Source of the DNA: an uncultured delta proteobacterium
GTDB lineage: Bacteria > Desulfobacterota > Desulfobacteria > Desulfobacterales > B30-G6
Assembly: GCA_963823335.1 (NCBI GenBank)
Contig: CAWGLD010000003.1
Location: forward strand, 64,001-128,000
Length of the DNA: 64,000 bases
Direction: 5' to 3'
The position numbers and the translations under genes are program-made. The notes below the pieces were generated by a model that did no database searches, had not been told where the DNA came from, and was given only the letters and a program-made list of their open reading frames with translations. Shown here one piece after another: positions 30,681-41,458 of this stretch (position 1 is the first letter of the stretch; the number at the start of each line of letters is the position of its first letter).

Positions 30681-30738
30681 TATTGAAGCGTATCCCGCAC
30701 AAAGCCATGGGGAATGCGCTCGCTATCTTGCTTCAATA
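30681..30738 (+). repeat. Family A base-form copy
   Basis: TATTGAAGC...CCCGCACAAAGCCATGGGGAATGCGCTCGC...GCTTCAATA with a 9 bp terminal inverted repeat. Confidence 0.75.
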
Positions 30739-30759
30739 CAGGTTCCGTATGGGCCGCTA

Positions 30760-31320
30760 ATGTTACGATTAAAGCAGAAAATAAGGCTATATCAGACTGC
30801 CATAAAGAGCATGGACAGCCTGTCGTTCCTTAGGGGATTCACCCTTATCGAACTCACGGTGGTTATGGCATTGATCAGCATTATGTTTCTTGTGACGTTG
30901 CCCAGAATCAAGAACGATATTTTTGTCGACCAGACCAAAAAGACGTCCCGATGGCTTTTGGCCAGCGTTCGATATCTGAAGGAAGCCTCCATTCGGGACC
31001 AAAAGGATCATACGCTTCATGTGGACATGGACAATGGGAAATTCTGGATAACCCATATCTTGATGACCGAAGAAATGCTTGAAAAACCGGAGACAGGCGG
31101 TTTAACACTTGCAGATGGTATCCGTATTCTCGATGTTTCATTTGCCGGCCACAGAAAAACGACGACTGGCGTGGCACAGATTCAATTTTATGCCAAGGGA
31201 TATTCAGATAATGCCATGATTCACGTGGTGAATGAGAACGATAGGCAATTGTCGTACCACATACCCCCATTTCTGCCACACATGAAAATCATTAAGGACT
31301 ATGTCGAATTGGAAAAATAG
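30760..31320 (+). CDS. gspH: Type II secretion minor pseudopilin H
   Basis: GFTLIEL prepilin motif; position in operon; start uncertain. Confidence 0.8.
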   Translation: MLRLKQKIRLYQTAIKSMDSLSFLRGFTLIELTVVMALISIMFLVTLPRIKNDIFVDQTKKTSRWLLASVRYLKEASIRDQKDHTLHVDMDNGKFWITHILMTEEMLEKPETGGLTLADGIRILDVSFAGHRKTTTGVAQIQFYAKGYSDNAMIHVVNENDRQLSYHIPPFLPHMKIIKDYVELEK

Positions 31321-31375
31321 TGTGGCGTTCCAGGTTTCAGAACACCCCTTTAGGTCTTGAGGGTTCTGTCTGCAG

Positions 31376-31789
31376 ATGAACCCAATACGATTATCAATGA
31401 AACAGCAGCCCAAACAGCCAGCAAGATCCGGGTTTACCCTCCTGGAAATACTCGTGGCCATGTCGATTATCACCTTTGCCCTCATCGCCATATTCCGGTT
31501 GTATGCCCAAACCATATCCATGAACCATCTGCTGTCCTTCAATACCACGGCACCGTTTCTGGCGCAGAAGAAAATGTCTGAGCAGACATCCCTGCCGGGA
31601 GATGACTTGAGTGATAACACAGGAGATTTTGGTGAAGGATTTCCAGGGTATGCCTGGACGGTTTCTGTTGAAGACGTTATCTCTGAGGTACTGGAAACCG
31701 AAGACTTGAAAAGAATCGATGTTCGGGTATCGATGAACGGTGATGAACATATATATCTTCTTAGACGATACCGGTTTTTGAGAGACTGA
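31376..31789 (+). CDS. gspI: Type II secretion minor pseudopilin I
   Basis: SGFTLLEILVAM; position in operon. Confidence 0.82.
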   Translation: MNPIRLSMKQQPKQPARSGFTLLEILVAMSIITFALIAIFRLYAQTISMNHLLSFNTTAPFLAQKKMSEQTSLPGDDLSDNTGDFGEGFPGYAWTVSVEDVISEVLETEDLKRIDVRVSMNGDEHIYLLRRYRFLRD

Positions 31790-31790
31790 C

Positions 31791-32492
31791 ATGCATGCAC
31801 CTCCCTTAGAGTTTAAGCAGAAGACCGGGTTTACCCTGCTGGAGATTATGATCTCGATCTTTATTTTCAGCATCATCATCACAACTGTCTTCGCTTCTTA
31901 TCGGTCCGTTTTTTTCAGCGCAGAAAAAATTAATGCAGGTCTTGATTTGTACGGTATGACCGGTAGTTGCCTGAACCGGATTTCTCTCGATCTAAACGGG
32001 ATAGCCATTTCCCACCTTCCCGAGTATACAAAACCGGAATTCGATTCAATACCGGATCCTTACCGGGTCGTCGGAGACCGGTCAGACATGTCAGGTGCGG
32101 ATTTTCCACGCCTCAGGTTCTCCTCGCGATCCCATGTGCCTCTGGATGGATCCGTTTATGAGAGTGTTGCGGAGATCGTTTACTATGTTTCGGAAGATGA
32201 GGGGAGCGGTTATATGCTTCGCCGGTCGGACCGTTTGTACCCATATGGACCGCCCGAAGAACAGGCCGATGATCCGGTATTGTGTGAAAAACTGAAATCA
32301 TTGGTATTTACCTATTACGATACCGAGGGCGAGTCCTACGACAGCTGGAATTCCGAGTCGGAAGACGTTTCCTATGCGACACCGAAATCCATCAATATCC
32401 TGTTGGAAGTCGGTGGCGAGGGGGTGGTATCCAAGTTGTTTGAAACCATGGTGATGCTTCCGGTGGTCAGGGAAGCAATTGATAAAAAGTGA
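31791..32492 (+). CDS. gspJ: Type II secretion minor pseudopilin J
   Basis: TGFTLLEIMI; position in operon. Confidence 0.82.
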   Translation: MHAPPLEFKQKTGFTLLEIMISIFIFSIIITTVFASYRSVFFSAEKINAGLDLYGMTGSCLNRISLDLNGIAISHLPEYTKPEFDSIPDPYRVVGDRSDMSGADFPRLRFSSRSHVPLDGSVYESVAEIVYYVSEDEGSGYMLRRSDRLYPYGPPEEQADDPVLCEKLKSLVFTYYDTEGESYDSWNSESEDVSYATPKSINILLEVGGEGVVSKLFETMVMLPVVREAIDKK

Positions 32493-32516
32493 TGCCTAAA
32501 AAAAATAAAGAGCTAA

Positions 32517-33587
32517 ATGTCAAAGATGTGTAATAATAACCGGGGTATTGCCCTGATCATCACACTCTCCATTATTGCCGTGCTGGTTGTTACGACGCTG
32601 GAACTGAATCGCAAAGCCCGTTCATCCGTATACGTGTCAGGCGCTTTTCGGGAAAGAATCCAGTTAAAGCAGATGAGCATGTCCGGCGTACACACCGCCA
32701 TAGCGATCCTGATCAAAGATAAGGAGAATACCGATATCGACTCTATTCAGGAAGATTGGGCCAACCCGGAAAAAATGGAAGAACTTCTTCTTGAAATGCC
32801 GTTTGATTACGGAAGGGTGCGGGTGTCGATTGTGGATGAGCTGGGAAAAATTCAGGTGAATTCACTGGTGAAATATCCGGACGGCCGGGAGTTCAACGAA
32901 TCTCAGCGCCAGATGTGGGAGCACTTTCTGAACCTTGCTATTCCTGTGCTCGACAGAACCGATGACACAGCACCCATACCGATTATCAACTCACTTAAGG
33001 ACTGGCTCGATCGTGGGGATGACGACCTGATTACAGGGTTGAGCGGGGCTGAGTCAGAATATTACCGCGACCGGTCACCGTCCTATGAATGTCAAAATGG
33101 ACCGTTTCATCACCTGGGAGAACTCCTGTTGGTCAAGGGCATCACCCCCGATTTATTTGAAGGTGTGGGAGGTGTTCCCGGTATTGCAGACTACATGACG
33201 GTTTGGGGTATGACGGAATCGGGAGAGAATCAATTCACCTTCAAGGGGGCTATCAACATCAATACCGCGGATCTGGCTGTCATTGCAGCCCTACTACCTG
33301 TGGAGAGCGAGCATCTGGCGCAATCGATATTCGAGTACCGGGCGGAACTGTCGGATGATAAATATGTCCATGATCTTTCCAATCCTAAATGGTACACGGA
33401 AGCACCCGGTTGTAGCGATCTCGAAATAGACCCCAAGCTTATCCAGACGAATAGCGATCTCTTTCGTGTGCGTGCAGAAGCCCAGGCAAAAGGTATGACC
33501 CTCACGGCTGAGGTGGTTGTAAAACGCACCTTAGAAAGTAAAACAGGCAAATGGCATGCTGAAATCTTGAGTTTTCAGGAAAAATAG
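32517..33587 (+). CDS. gspK: Type II secretion minor pseudopilin K
   Basis: RGIALIITL, DELGKIQVN, DWLD, ELLLVKGIT, ININTA. Confidence 0.9.
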   Translation: MSKMCNNNRGIALIITLSIIAVLVVTTLELNRKARSSVYVSGAFRERIQLKQMSMSGVHTAIAILIKDKENTDIDSIQEDWANPEKMEELLLEMPFDYGRVRVSIVDELGKIQVNSLVKYPDGREFNESQRQMWEHFLNLAIPVLDRTDDTAPIPIINSLKDWLDRGDDDLITGLSGAESEYYRDRSPSYECQNGPFHHLGELLLVKGITPDLFEGVGGVPGIADYMTVWGMTESGENQFTFKGAININTADLAVIAALLPVESEHLAQSIFEYRAELSDDKYVHDLSNPKWYTEAPGCSDLEIDPKLIQTNSDLFRVRAEAQAKGMTLTAEVVVKRTLESKTGKWHAEILSFQEK

Positions 33588-33647
33588 GATATATATATTA
33601 TCTTATGCCATGTGTTTGGTAATTTTATCGGGTGAGCGTTTTAACTT

Positions 33648-35102
33648 ATGAGCAGAAAAATACTGGGTCTTGATATTCACTACGATGCGGTTTCGGCCGT
33701 TATAGTGAAGAGCGGCATGAGCGGCAGCTGGATAGAGAGCCATGCCCGTGTTCCCATTTCAGTGAAGGAGACCTCCTTTGAAGAGGAATTGAAACGGTCT
33801 CTCAACACTATCTGCGGGCAGCTCGATACCAGCGATACCGTCTGCATCGTGGCACTGCCGGCCGTTGATGTGACCTACCGTAACCTGAAGGCCCCCTTTA
33901 AAGAAATCAAGAAAGTGCGGCAGATACTCCCCTTTGAACTTGAAACAGACCTTCCTTACCAGGCTGAAGATATTGTCTTCGATTTCAATATGCTCGATAT
34001 TTCTTTGGAAACAGACGCGCCGCAGCTTTTTGCTGCGGCAATAGAGAAGCAGACCATTGCCGTCCTGATCGATATTCTGAAACCGTTTAATCTTGAACCG
34101 GATGTATTGACGATCGGCGGATACGCCATGGGACAATGCCTGTCCCGGTTGTCCGGAGAAAAGCACTGCCAGATGTTTCTGGATATCGGAGACGTCTACA
34201 CAACCATGGTCCTGTCCTTGTCAGGTGATGTCTGCCTGGTTCGCACCTTTTCGATCGTGGTTTCAGACAATTCAATACTCCGCTCGATCTGCTCTCAGAT
34301 AAACCGGACCCTGCTGGCATTTGAGAAGAAGTCCGGGTTGGCTTGTGAGCTAGATGAGATTCGAATTACTGGCTCATATTTGGCAAAGACTGACGTGGAT
34401 CAGGACCTTGAGACCTTTTTTGGTGCGCCAGTTACCCGTGCCGATCTCATGCAGAATTCAGGAAAGATCGCACTGTCTTCAAAAGAGGAAACCTGGGAAT
34501 CGCATCTGATGGATGGCGCTTTATCTCTGGTGTTGAACGAATTGTCAGGGTTCGGGACCTTGAATTTCAGAAGGGGCCGGATGGGGATGGAAAAGGCCTG
34601 GCTTGAGAACAAAAAAGATATACTCAAGACGTGCTGCCTGGGGGGTGTTGTCGCTCTGCTGTTTCTGGGTAACAGTATCGTAAATTACTATACACTGAAA
34701 CAGCGGGTTGAAACCAAGCATGCCGAAATTCTGGAAATATTTCAGAAGACTTTTCCGGAGGTGACCCAAATTGTGGACCCTGTTCACCAGATGCGGGTGA
34801 AATTGGAAGCCGCCGGGAAAGGTGTCTCGCAACCAGGTGAATTTGTGACATCGGTAAAGACGATCGACATTTTGAACGACATGAGTCGTTTCATACCGGA
34901 AAAACAGGATGTGGAGCTGGTGAGTATTATTGTGGGTTCGGATACTGTCATGGTTTCAGGCAATACCGATACGTTCAACGCTGTTGACGACATGAAGAGC
35001 GGATTGGAAAGGGCGGACATATTTAAAAGCGTATCCATCAGTTCGGCAAACATGAATCAGTCCGGCACGCGCGTGCGGTTTAAATTGAAGGTTGTCCTAT
35101 GA
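33648..35102 (+). CDS. gspL: Type II secretion protein L (PilM/PilN-like domains)
   Basis: ILGLDI actin-like N-terminus, LPFELE, LNFRRG, single TM helix then periplasmic domain. Confidence 0.85.
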   Translation: MSRKILGLDIHYDAVSAVIVKSGMSGSWIESHARVPISVKETSFEEELKRSLNTICGQLDTSDTVCIVALPAVDVTYRNLKAPFKEIKKVRQILPFELETDLPYQAEDIVFDFNMLDISLETDAPQLFAAAIEKQTIAVLIDILKPFNLEPDVLTIGGYAMGQCLSRLSGEKHCQMFLDIGDVYTTMVLSLSGDVCLVRTFSIVVSDNSILRSICSQINRTLLAFEKKSGLACELDEIRITGSYLAKTDVDQDLETFFGAPVTRADLMQNSGKIALSSKEETWESHLMDGALSLVLNELSGFGTLNFRRGRMGMEKAWLENKKDILKTCCLGGVVALLFLGNSIVNYYTLKQRVETKHAEILEIFQKTFPEVTQIVDPVHQMRVKLEAAGKGVSQPGEFVTSVKTIDILNDMSRFIPEKQDVELVSIIVGSDTVMVSGNTDTFNAVDDMKSGLERADIFKSVSISSANMNQSGTRVRFKLKVVL

Positions 35103-35647
35103 TAAAAAGACTTCGCCCATTTTTAGCCAAACTGAGCAATCGAGAGAAGATAGCTCTCAGCATCGGTGTTGGTTTTGTGGGTATTTTTGTCCTCGTTCAA
35201 CTCACTGTTTTTCCGTTTGTAGATGCCAGGGAAAGGCTTCAGCGAAGACTGGCATTGCATACCAGAAGTTATGATGAGATCAAGCAGTTACGGTTAAAAT
35301 ACCTGGAGTTACAGAATCGTGCCGACAATTCAAAAATACAGTTTAACCGGCGACAAAGGGGGTTTACGTTATTCTCCTTTCTCGACAAGCTTGCTGGGCA
35401 GGTGGGTATTAAAGAACGCATCACCTATATGAAACCATCGTCAACCAAACAGAAAGACACGCCCTACAGCCTGTCGCTCGTCGAGATGAAACTGAATGGC
35501 ATTACCATGGAGCAAATTACCAGGTTTCTATATCGCATCGAAACATCACCAAACATGATTCATGTTCGGAGATTGTCCCTCAACAAGAAGGAAGAAAAAG
35601 AAGGGCTGTTGGATGTGATACTGCAGGTAGAAACATTTGAAGTTTAG
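35099..35647 (+). CDS. gspM: Type II secretion protein M
   Basis: LSNREK followed by a TM helix; FLYRIE; overlaps the gspL stop. Confidence 0.82.
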   Translation: MIKRLRPFLAKLSNREKIALSIGVGFVGIFVLVQLTVFPFVDARERLQRRLALHTRSYDEIKQLRLKYLELQNRADNSKIQFNRRQRGFTLFSFLDKLAGQVGIKERITYMKPSSTKQKDTPYSLSLVEMKLNGITMEQITRFLYRIETSPNMIHVRRLSLNKKEEKEGLLDVILQVETFEV

Positions 35648-35650
35648 TTT

Positions 35651-36517
35651 ATGAATAACTATAAGAAATCACTATTGTACATCGCCTATACCTTTGTTGC
35701 AATTGGATGCTTTCTCTATTTTCTGTTTCCATCGCAAACATTCAAGGGCGTGGTGTCCACCTATCTTCTGAAAATGTTACCAGACTATCAGATCCGGTTC
35801 GAGCGTCTGAAGCCGGTTTTGCCCCTGGGACTCGGGTTTGAGACGCTAAGCGTCTTGCAGAACGACCACACGAGAGCTCAAATCGACAGTCTGAGTGTGA
35901 CACCCCGGATTACATCATTATTGTCATCCCGGAAAACGATCAATTATCGTGGCAGGGCCTATCAGGGGTTCCTGAGGGGGCACATGGATGTAAACACTGC
36001 TGAAAAAAGCACCCAGACGGATATATTTCTCAAACTGGCTGATATACAGTTATCCGATATTGCCTACCTGCAGGAGAGATTGGGGAGAAAAGTGTCCGGG
36101 TTCCTGAATGCAGACATGGACCTCATCGACAACAATGGACCAAGAAGAAGTGTAAAAGGCAAACTGGATTTTGCGGATGTGCGCATCGAGTTGGCGAATC
36201 CCATCATCAACATTCAGGAGGTGGTGCTCAACCTCGTTGAGGCTGAGTTTAATGTGAATAAACAGGTTTTTTCACTGAAACGTCTGGAGGCCAAGGGCGG
36301 GCAGGTGGAAGGCAGTCTGACAGGTACGGTTATGATTCGAAAACCCATGGGCAATAGCCGCATTAATCTGAGGGGTACGATTTTTCCGCAGGAGGTATTG
36401 CTGGCGGGTATTAAGGATTTTTTACCTGGAAACTTTTTCAAGCAGCAGACGGGCGGCAACGGGTTGCCCATCCGTATATTCGGGACCATCGAAAAACCGA
36501 AATTTTCATTCCGGTAA
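35651..36517 (+). CDS. gspN: Type II secretion protein N
   Basis: N-terminal TM ending YFLFP, beta-rich body, C-terminal IFGTIEKP. Confidence 0.8.
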   Translation: MNNYKKSLLYIAYTFVAIGCFLYFLFPSQTFKGVVSTYLLKMLPDYQIRFERLKPVLPLGLGFETLSVLQNDHTRAQIDSLSVTPRITSLLSSRKTINYRGRAYQGFLRGHMDVNTAEKSTQTDIFLKLADIQLSDIAYLQERLGRKVSGFLNADMDLIDNNGPRRSVKGKLDFADVRIELANPIINIQEVVLNLVEAEFNVNKQVFSLKRLEAKGGQVEGSLTGTVMIRKPMGNSRINLRGTIFPQEVLLAGIKDFLPGNFFKQQTGGNGLPIRIFGTIEKPKFSFR

Positions 36518-36542
36518 TGGGTCCTTACACCTTAAGGTATTT

Positions 36543-37412
36543 ATGAGAACCTATTTGATACTCATCAATCTACTTCTTCTGACCGGGGCGTCCTACCTCG
36601 GTGTCAGCACCTTTTACCAGGTGGTCGGCACCAGATTCGAGGTCACCAGCCCTTCCATTGAGGATAGTGAAACGAAAACAGTCCCCACCGGGGGATCCGT
36701 TAAACTTCTGTCTGAGTACATAGCCATAGAAGAGCGTAACCTGTTCAGGCTTGCTGACAAGCAGGCACTGGTGACGGAGCCGGCCAAGGTCGATATCGAA
36801 GCATTGGAAAAGACCAAACTGCAGCTGAAGCTCTGGGGTACGGTAACCGGGAATGGTCAGAATGATTATGCCGTTATAGAGGATGTCAAACAACGTTTGC
36901 AACAGCTGTATCACAGGGAGGATGCCATACAGAATGCCATCGTCAAGGAGATACACCGGGAGAAGGTCATTCTGGAAGTGAATGGCGGTTTTGAAGTACT
37001 GCAGATGGAGGATATTCAAGGAACCGCCGCTGGAGGTAATGTTGCCAGCCGAGCAAACGGTAAGATACCGGAAGAATCCAGAACGTCTGAACCTAAAAAA
37101 ATTTCATTAAAGCGGGAACGGATCGATGCGGCGGTGAACGATCTGGGCAGCCTGATGAAACAGGTACGCATACGTCCTCATTTCAAGGATGGCCAATCCG
37201 ACGGGCTGACGCTTTCCGGTATTCGATCCAATTCCATATTTGGCGAGATGGGCTTCAGAAACGGTGATACCATTGTCGGAGTGGATGGCAAGAAGATCGA
37301 ATCTGTGGACGATGCTCTGAGTCTTTACGGAAACTTACAGACAGCAGAGAATGTACGGGTTGAGATCAGGAGAAGAGGGCGGTTGCAGACCATAGATTAT
37401 TCGGTGGAGTGA
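36543..37412 (+). CDS. gspC: Type II secretion protein C with PDZ domain
   Basis: TM helix, ERNLF, LKLWGTV..AVIED HR domain, GFRNGD PDZ. Confidence 0.87.
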   Translation: MRTYLILINLLLLTGASYLGVSTFYQVVGTRFEVTSPSIEDSETKTVPTGGSVKLLSEYIAIEERNLFRLADKQALVTEPAKVDIEALEKTKLQLKLWGTVTGNGQNDYAVIEDVKQRLQQLYHREDAIQNAIVKEIHREKVILEVNGGFEVLQMEDIQGTAAGGNVASRANGKIPEESRTSEPKKISLKRERIDAAVNDLGSLMKQVRIRPHFKDGQSDGLTLSGIRSNSIFGEMGFRNGDTIVGVDGKKIESVDDALSLYGNLQTAENVRVEIRRRGRLQTIDYSVE

Positions 37413-37419
37413 TCTATTG

Positions 37420-37458
37420 AAGGGTCCAAGGGGTCGAGGATTCCAGGGTCCGAGTGAA
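37420..37458 (+). repeat. Family C octamer arm fragment
   Basis: AAGGGTCCAAGGGGTCGAGGATTCCAGGGTCCGAGTGAA. Confidence 0.65.
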
Positions 37459-37517
37459 AAAAAGTTAAGCATTAGCGCTAACTGTTCAAAAGTTATATGG
37501 GGATGAATGGTAACTTT

Positions 37518-39488
37518 ATGAAAACATATCAAAATTTATTGAAAATTGTCGTGGTTTTTTCAATGTTGCTTCTGCTGTTGCAACCTGCAGTTGGTGCTGA
37601 AAACAAGATCGGCCAGAATGGTAGATTGGTATCGATCGATTTCAACAGTGTCGATCTCAATGTTCTGATCAAATTCATCAGTGAGCTCACCGGCAAGAAT
37701 TTTGTTATCGACCAACGCGTGAAGGGGAAAGCCACCATCATTTCACCTTCCAAGATATCTGTTGCCGAGGCGTACAAGGTATTTGAGTCGGTTCTCGAAG
37801 TCCATGGATTTACCACCATACAGGCAGGCAAGATCATCAAGATTGTTCCGTCTCCAGATGCGCGATCAAAAAATATCGAAACACGACTCAGGGAGGAGTC
37901 CGGTGTAGCCGCAGACAAAGTTGTAACCCAGCTCATCCCTCTGAAATATGCCGCTGCATCTGAAATCAAGAAACTGTTTGCCCCTCTGGTATCCAAAAGC
38001 AGTATCATTCTCGATTATCCGCCTACCAATACCCTGATCGTGACGGATGTCTATTCGAATATCCAGCGCCTGACCAAGATTCTGGACGCCATCGATATTT
38101 TGAAGTCCGGTCTGGAATTAAGCATTGTGTCACTGGCTTACGCGGATGCCAAGGAGATGGTAAAAACACTCGATTCCATCTATAACGTTGCGGCGTCGAA
38201 GTCCAAAAAAGATGCCGACCAGACCAATATTATCAAGTTTGTTGCCGATGATCGCACGAACATACTCATCATCCTGGCCAGTGAAGGGAATACCGTTAAA
38301 ATCAAGGAACTTCTCACGCTTCTTGACACGGCCACCCCCAAAGGCAAGGAAAGCATTCATGTGTATTATCTTGAAAATGCCATCGCAGAAGATCTTGCCG
38401 CCGTTCTGGAGGCCATACCCAGCAAGAAAACGGATACTGGATCGGCCAAAACAGCGCCCGTGGTATCGTCAAAGGCGCGGATCACGGCGGACAAGGCCAC
38501 CAACAGTCTGATCATCACGGCTGAAAAAGAAGACTACCAGGCACTGGAGGCGGTGATTCGCAAACTCGATATTCCCCGGGCCATGGTCTATATCGAATGC
38601 CTCATCATGGAGGTCGATGTCGAAAAGGATTTTCTCCTGGGGACCGAATGGATTATTGGTGAAAAGTTTCGTTTTAACGGGGACTCCTACGGTGGCACGG
38701 GTGGTTTCAGCGGGGGCGATCCAGGATATTCCAACCTGCGGGGTCTTTCCGGAGGCCTTACGGGAATCGCGTCCTATCCCCCAGGCTATTCCATGGGGGT
38801 GTTTGGGGAATCCATCAGTGTGGGTGGTGTAACCTTTCCGAGTCTGGGAGCCGTTGTCCAGGCTTACAAAAGAGACAAGGACGTCAACATCCTTTCGACA
38901 CCACAGATTTTGACAACGGATAACCAAGAAGCCACCATCAATGTGGGCAAAAATGTTCCCTACCAGACACGATCTGCGGCTGAATCCGGCACCGAAACAT
39001 ACAGCTCCTATGAATACAAAGACGTGGGAATCATACTGAAAATCACACCCCACATCAGCCAGGACAGATTTGTGCGTCTCACCATCAACCAGGAGGTGAC
39101 ACAGCTCGATGATTTGGCTACGACCACGGCGGACCGACCCACCACATTCAAACGGACCATCGATACCACGGTGATTGTCAAGGACAAAGAAACGGTGGTC
39201 ATCGGTGGTCTCATCGATGACAAGGCGACAGGAACGACGTACGGGGTGCCTTGCCTGGGAGATATTCCCATTATCGGGTGGATGTTCAAGACAGATAATG
39301 ATGCCATGGAAAAAACGAATCTTTTTGTATTTCTGACACCCCGGGTGGTGGCCAACCCGGCCGAGGCCCAAGCATTATACGAGATGAAAAAAGAACTGAT
39401 CGAAGAAGCCGAAAGAAATCAAGAAGGAAAGACGATGGAGGAGGAGCATCAGGAAGACGTGGATGCAATTGATGCACTTAAAGAATGA
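37518..39488 (+). CDS. gspD: Type II secretion secretin D
   Basis: Signal peptide, repeated TNxLI N-domains, LDIPRAMVYIE, STPQILT, VIGGLI, LFVFLTPRVV. Confidence 0.95.
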   Translation: MKTYQNLLKIVVVFSMLLLLLQPAVGAENKIGQNGRLVSIDFNSVDLNVLIKFISELTGKNFVIDQRVKGKATIISPSKISVAEAYKVFESVLEVHGFTTIQAGKIIKIVPSPDARSKNIETRLREESGVAADKVVTQLIPLKYAAASEIKKLFAPLVSKSSIILDYPPTNTLIVTDVYSNIQRLTKILDAIDILKSGLELSIVSLAYADAKEMVKTLDSIYNVAASKSKKDADQTNIIKFVADDRTNILIILASEGNTVKIKELLTLLDTATPKGKESIHVYYLENAIAEDLAAVLEAIPSKKTDTGSAKTAPVVSSKARITADKATNSLIITAEKEDYQALEAVIRKLDIPRAMVYIECLIMEVDVEKDFLLGTEWIIGEKFRFNGDSYGGTGGFSGGDPGYSNLRGLSGGLTGIASYPPGYSMGVFGESISVGGVTFPSLGAVVQAYKRDKDVNILSTPQILTTDNQEATINVGKNVPYQTRSAAESGTETYSSYEYKDVGIILKITPHISQDRFVRLTINQEVTQLDDLATTTADRPTTFKRTIDTTVIVKDKETVVIGGLIDDKATGTTYGVPCLGDIPIIGWMFKTDNDAMEKTNLFVFLTPRVVANPAEAQALYEMKKELIEEAERNQEGKTMEEEHQEDVDAIDALKE

Positions 39489-39501
39489 TCAGAAGAGTCA
39501 T

Positions 39502-41262
39502 ATGAGAACACCACTTACCCAAATTCTGAAACTACACTGCCATGTCACCGATAGTGACATTCAGGACGCCCTCAGGATCCAGGCAGAAAAAGGCGGCGAC
39601 ATCGGCAGCATACTTAAGATGAAAAAGGTGATCTCTGAAAAGCAGCTTTTGAAGGCCATTGGCCTCCAGTATGATATCCCTTTCTGGGCAAAACTGCCTC
39701 TGGAGGCCATTGGCAAAGATTTTGCCGAGCAGGTACCAAGCCCTTTCTTGAAAAAGCATCAGATCGTACCCCTGGAGAAAAGGCGCCAAAATCTTGTGGA
39801 CATCGCATCCGGTGAGTTTCCGGACGTCTTGGACATTGATGCGGACTCAGGCAGTGACGGCATTATTATCGCCACCAACGATCCCGACAATTTTCAGCCC
39901 ATGGACGATCTTGCCCGGCTTCTCGGCATCGATACCTATGACATTGTACTGGCACCAAAAGATGAAATCATCTCCGCCATCAACCTTTCCTACGATTTCA
40001 GCAGAGATTCTGCAGAACAGCTTGTTCAGAACATGGAAGAAAGCGGCAGCATGATTATCAGTGAAATAGAAGATACTGCTGATCTTCTGGACGATACCAG
40101 TGATGCACCCATCATTAAGCTCGTCAACCATATTATCTCGCAGTCCATCAAGGCCAGAGCCAGCGATATTCACATCGAACCTTATCAGGATAGTTTTAAA
40201 GTCCGATACCGGGTCGATGGTATTCTGTATGACCTGCTCACGCCACCCAAATGGATTCAGGCCTCCCTTATTTCCAGAATCAAGGTGATGGCCAAAATGA
40301 ACATTGCCGAGAAACGGCTTCCACAGGATGGGCGCATTAATCTGAAGATCGGGAATCAGGAAATTGATGTGCGTGTGTCCACGATTCCAACCTCATTCGG
40401 CGAAAGGGTTGTCATGCGGTTGCTGAACAAGACGAGTTCCCTGATGAGGCTCAGCGACCTGGGGCTGGATACGGAAATGCTCGCGATGTTGAAAAAGCTT
40501 GTAGCCTCGCCCAACGGCATGATTCTGATGACCGGGCCCACAGGGAGCGGCAAGACCACAACCTTATACGCGGTGCTTTCCTCCATTAATTCTCCGGATA
40601 TCAACATCATCACCATCGAGGACCCCATTGAGTATCAAATCAACGGTATCAGCCAGATCCAGGTGAACCCCAAAATTGACCTGACCTTTGCCAGGGGGCT
40701 GCGCTCCATTGTCCGACAGGATCCGGATGTGGTGCTGGTGGGTGAAATTCGTGATTATGAAACCGCCGAAATCGCGGTCCAGTCCGCCCTGACAGGACAC
40801 CTTGTGTTTTCGACACTCCACACAAACGATTCGGCCGGTGCCATCACGCGGCTGGTGGACATCGGTATCGAACCGTTTTTGATTTCATCATCCATCATTG
40901 CCGTTGCCGCCCAGCGGCTGGTAAGGGTGCTCTGCGAAGACTGTAAGGAGTTACACCATCCGGATGAGGTCATGCTCATGACCATCGGTATTCCAAGCTC
41001 AACAACTAATGGCACCGAGATTTACAAGGCAGTTGGTTGTGAGAAATGCTTCCACACGGGCTACCGGGGACGTATCGGTATCTATGAGTTGATGCTGATG
41101 GGCCAGGAATTAAAAGGCCTTATTCTCAAATCGTATGATGCGAACCGTATTATGGAAGAAGCCAGAAAACTGAACATGGTCAGCCTGCGGCAGGACGGTA
41201 TCCAAAAAGTGCTAAGGGGTATCACCACAATTGAAGAGGTTCTCAGGGTGACACAGAAGTGA
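39502..41262 (+). CDS. gspE: Type II secretion ATPase E
   Basis: ASDIHIEP, GPTGSGKTT, RQDPDVVLVGEIRD, TGHLVFSTLHTND, CxxC..CxxC; start uncertain (ORF open from 39463). Confidence 0.96.
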   Translation: MRTPLTQILKLHCHVTDSDIQDALRIQAEKGGDIGSILKMKKVISEKQLLKAIGLQYDIPFWAKLPLEAIGKDFAEQVPSPFLKKHQIVPLEKRRQNLVDIASGEFPDVLDIDADSGSDGIIIATNDPDNFQPMDDLARLLGIDTYDIVLAPKDEIISAINLSYDFSRDSAEQLVQNMEESGSMIISEIEDTADLLDDTSDAPIIKLVNHIISQSIKARASDIHIEPYQDSFKVRYRVDGILYDLLTPPKWIQASLISRIKVMAKMNIAEKRLPQDGRINLKIGNQEIDVRVSTIPTSFGERVVMRLLNKTSSLMRLSDLGLDTEMLAMLKKLVASPNGMILMTGPTGSGKTTTLYAVLSSINSPDINIITIEDPIEYQINGISQIQVNPKIDLTFARGLRSIVRQDPDVVLVGEIRDYETAEIAVQSALTGHLVFSTLHTNDSAGAITRLVDIGIEPFLISSSIIAVAAQRLVRVLCEDCKELHHPDEVMLMTIGIPSSTTNGTEIYKAVGCEKCFHTGYRGRIGIYELMLMGQELKGLILKSYDANRIMEEARKLNMVSLRQDGIQKVLRGITTIEEVLRVTQK

Positions 41263-41274
41263 TGAATTCGTAAA

Positions 41275-41442
41275 GATGAACGTCCAACATCGAACGCTTA
41301 ACATCGAACATCGAATGAAAAAGAATATTGAACCCACGGGGAATGCGCTCGCTGCTGCTGTTCAATACCGACGTCTGTTTCTTCATCTTTCAAATTCAGC
41401 ATTCGATGTTGGACGTTCGATGTTCGATGTTCATTCTTTTTT
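41275..41442 (-). repeat. Repeat family B composite with a shortened A core
   Basis: Reverse complement matches the arms of 9289-9536 and 21188-21410. Confidence 0.88.
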
Positions 41443-41458
41443 CAGCACTGGTGGGTTA

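Noticed and set aside
30664-30712. GGGCAAACC...CAAAGCC resembling a c-di-GMP-I/GEMM riboswitch
   Set aside because: No proper GNRA-capped P2 stem or GACGCAAAGC; the 3' half is explained by a family A element
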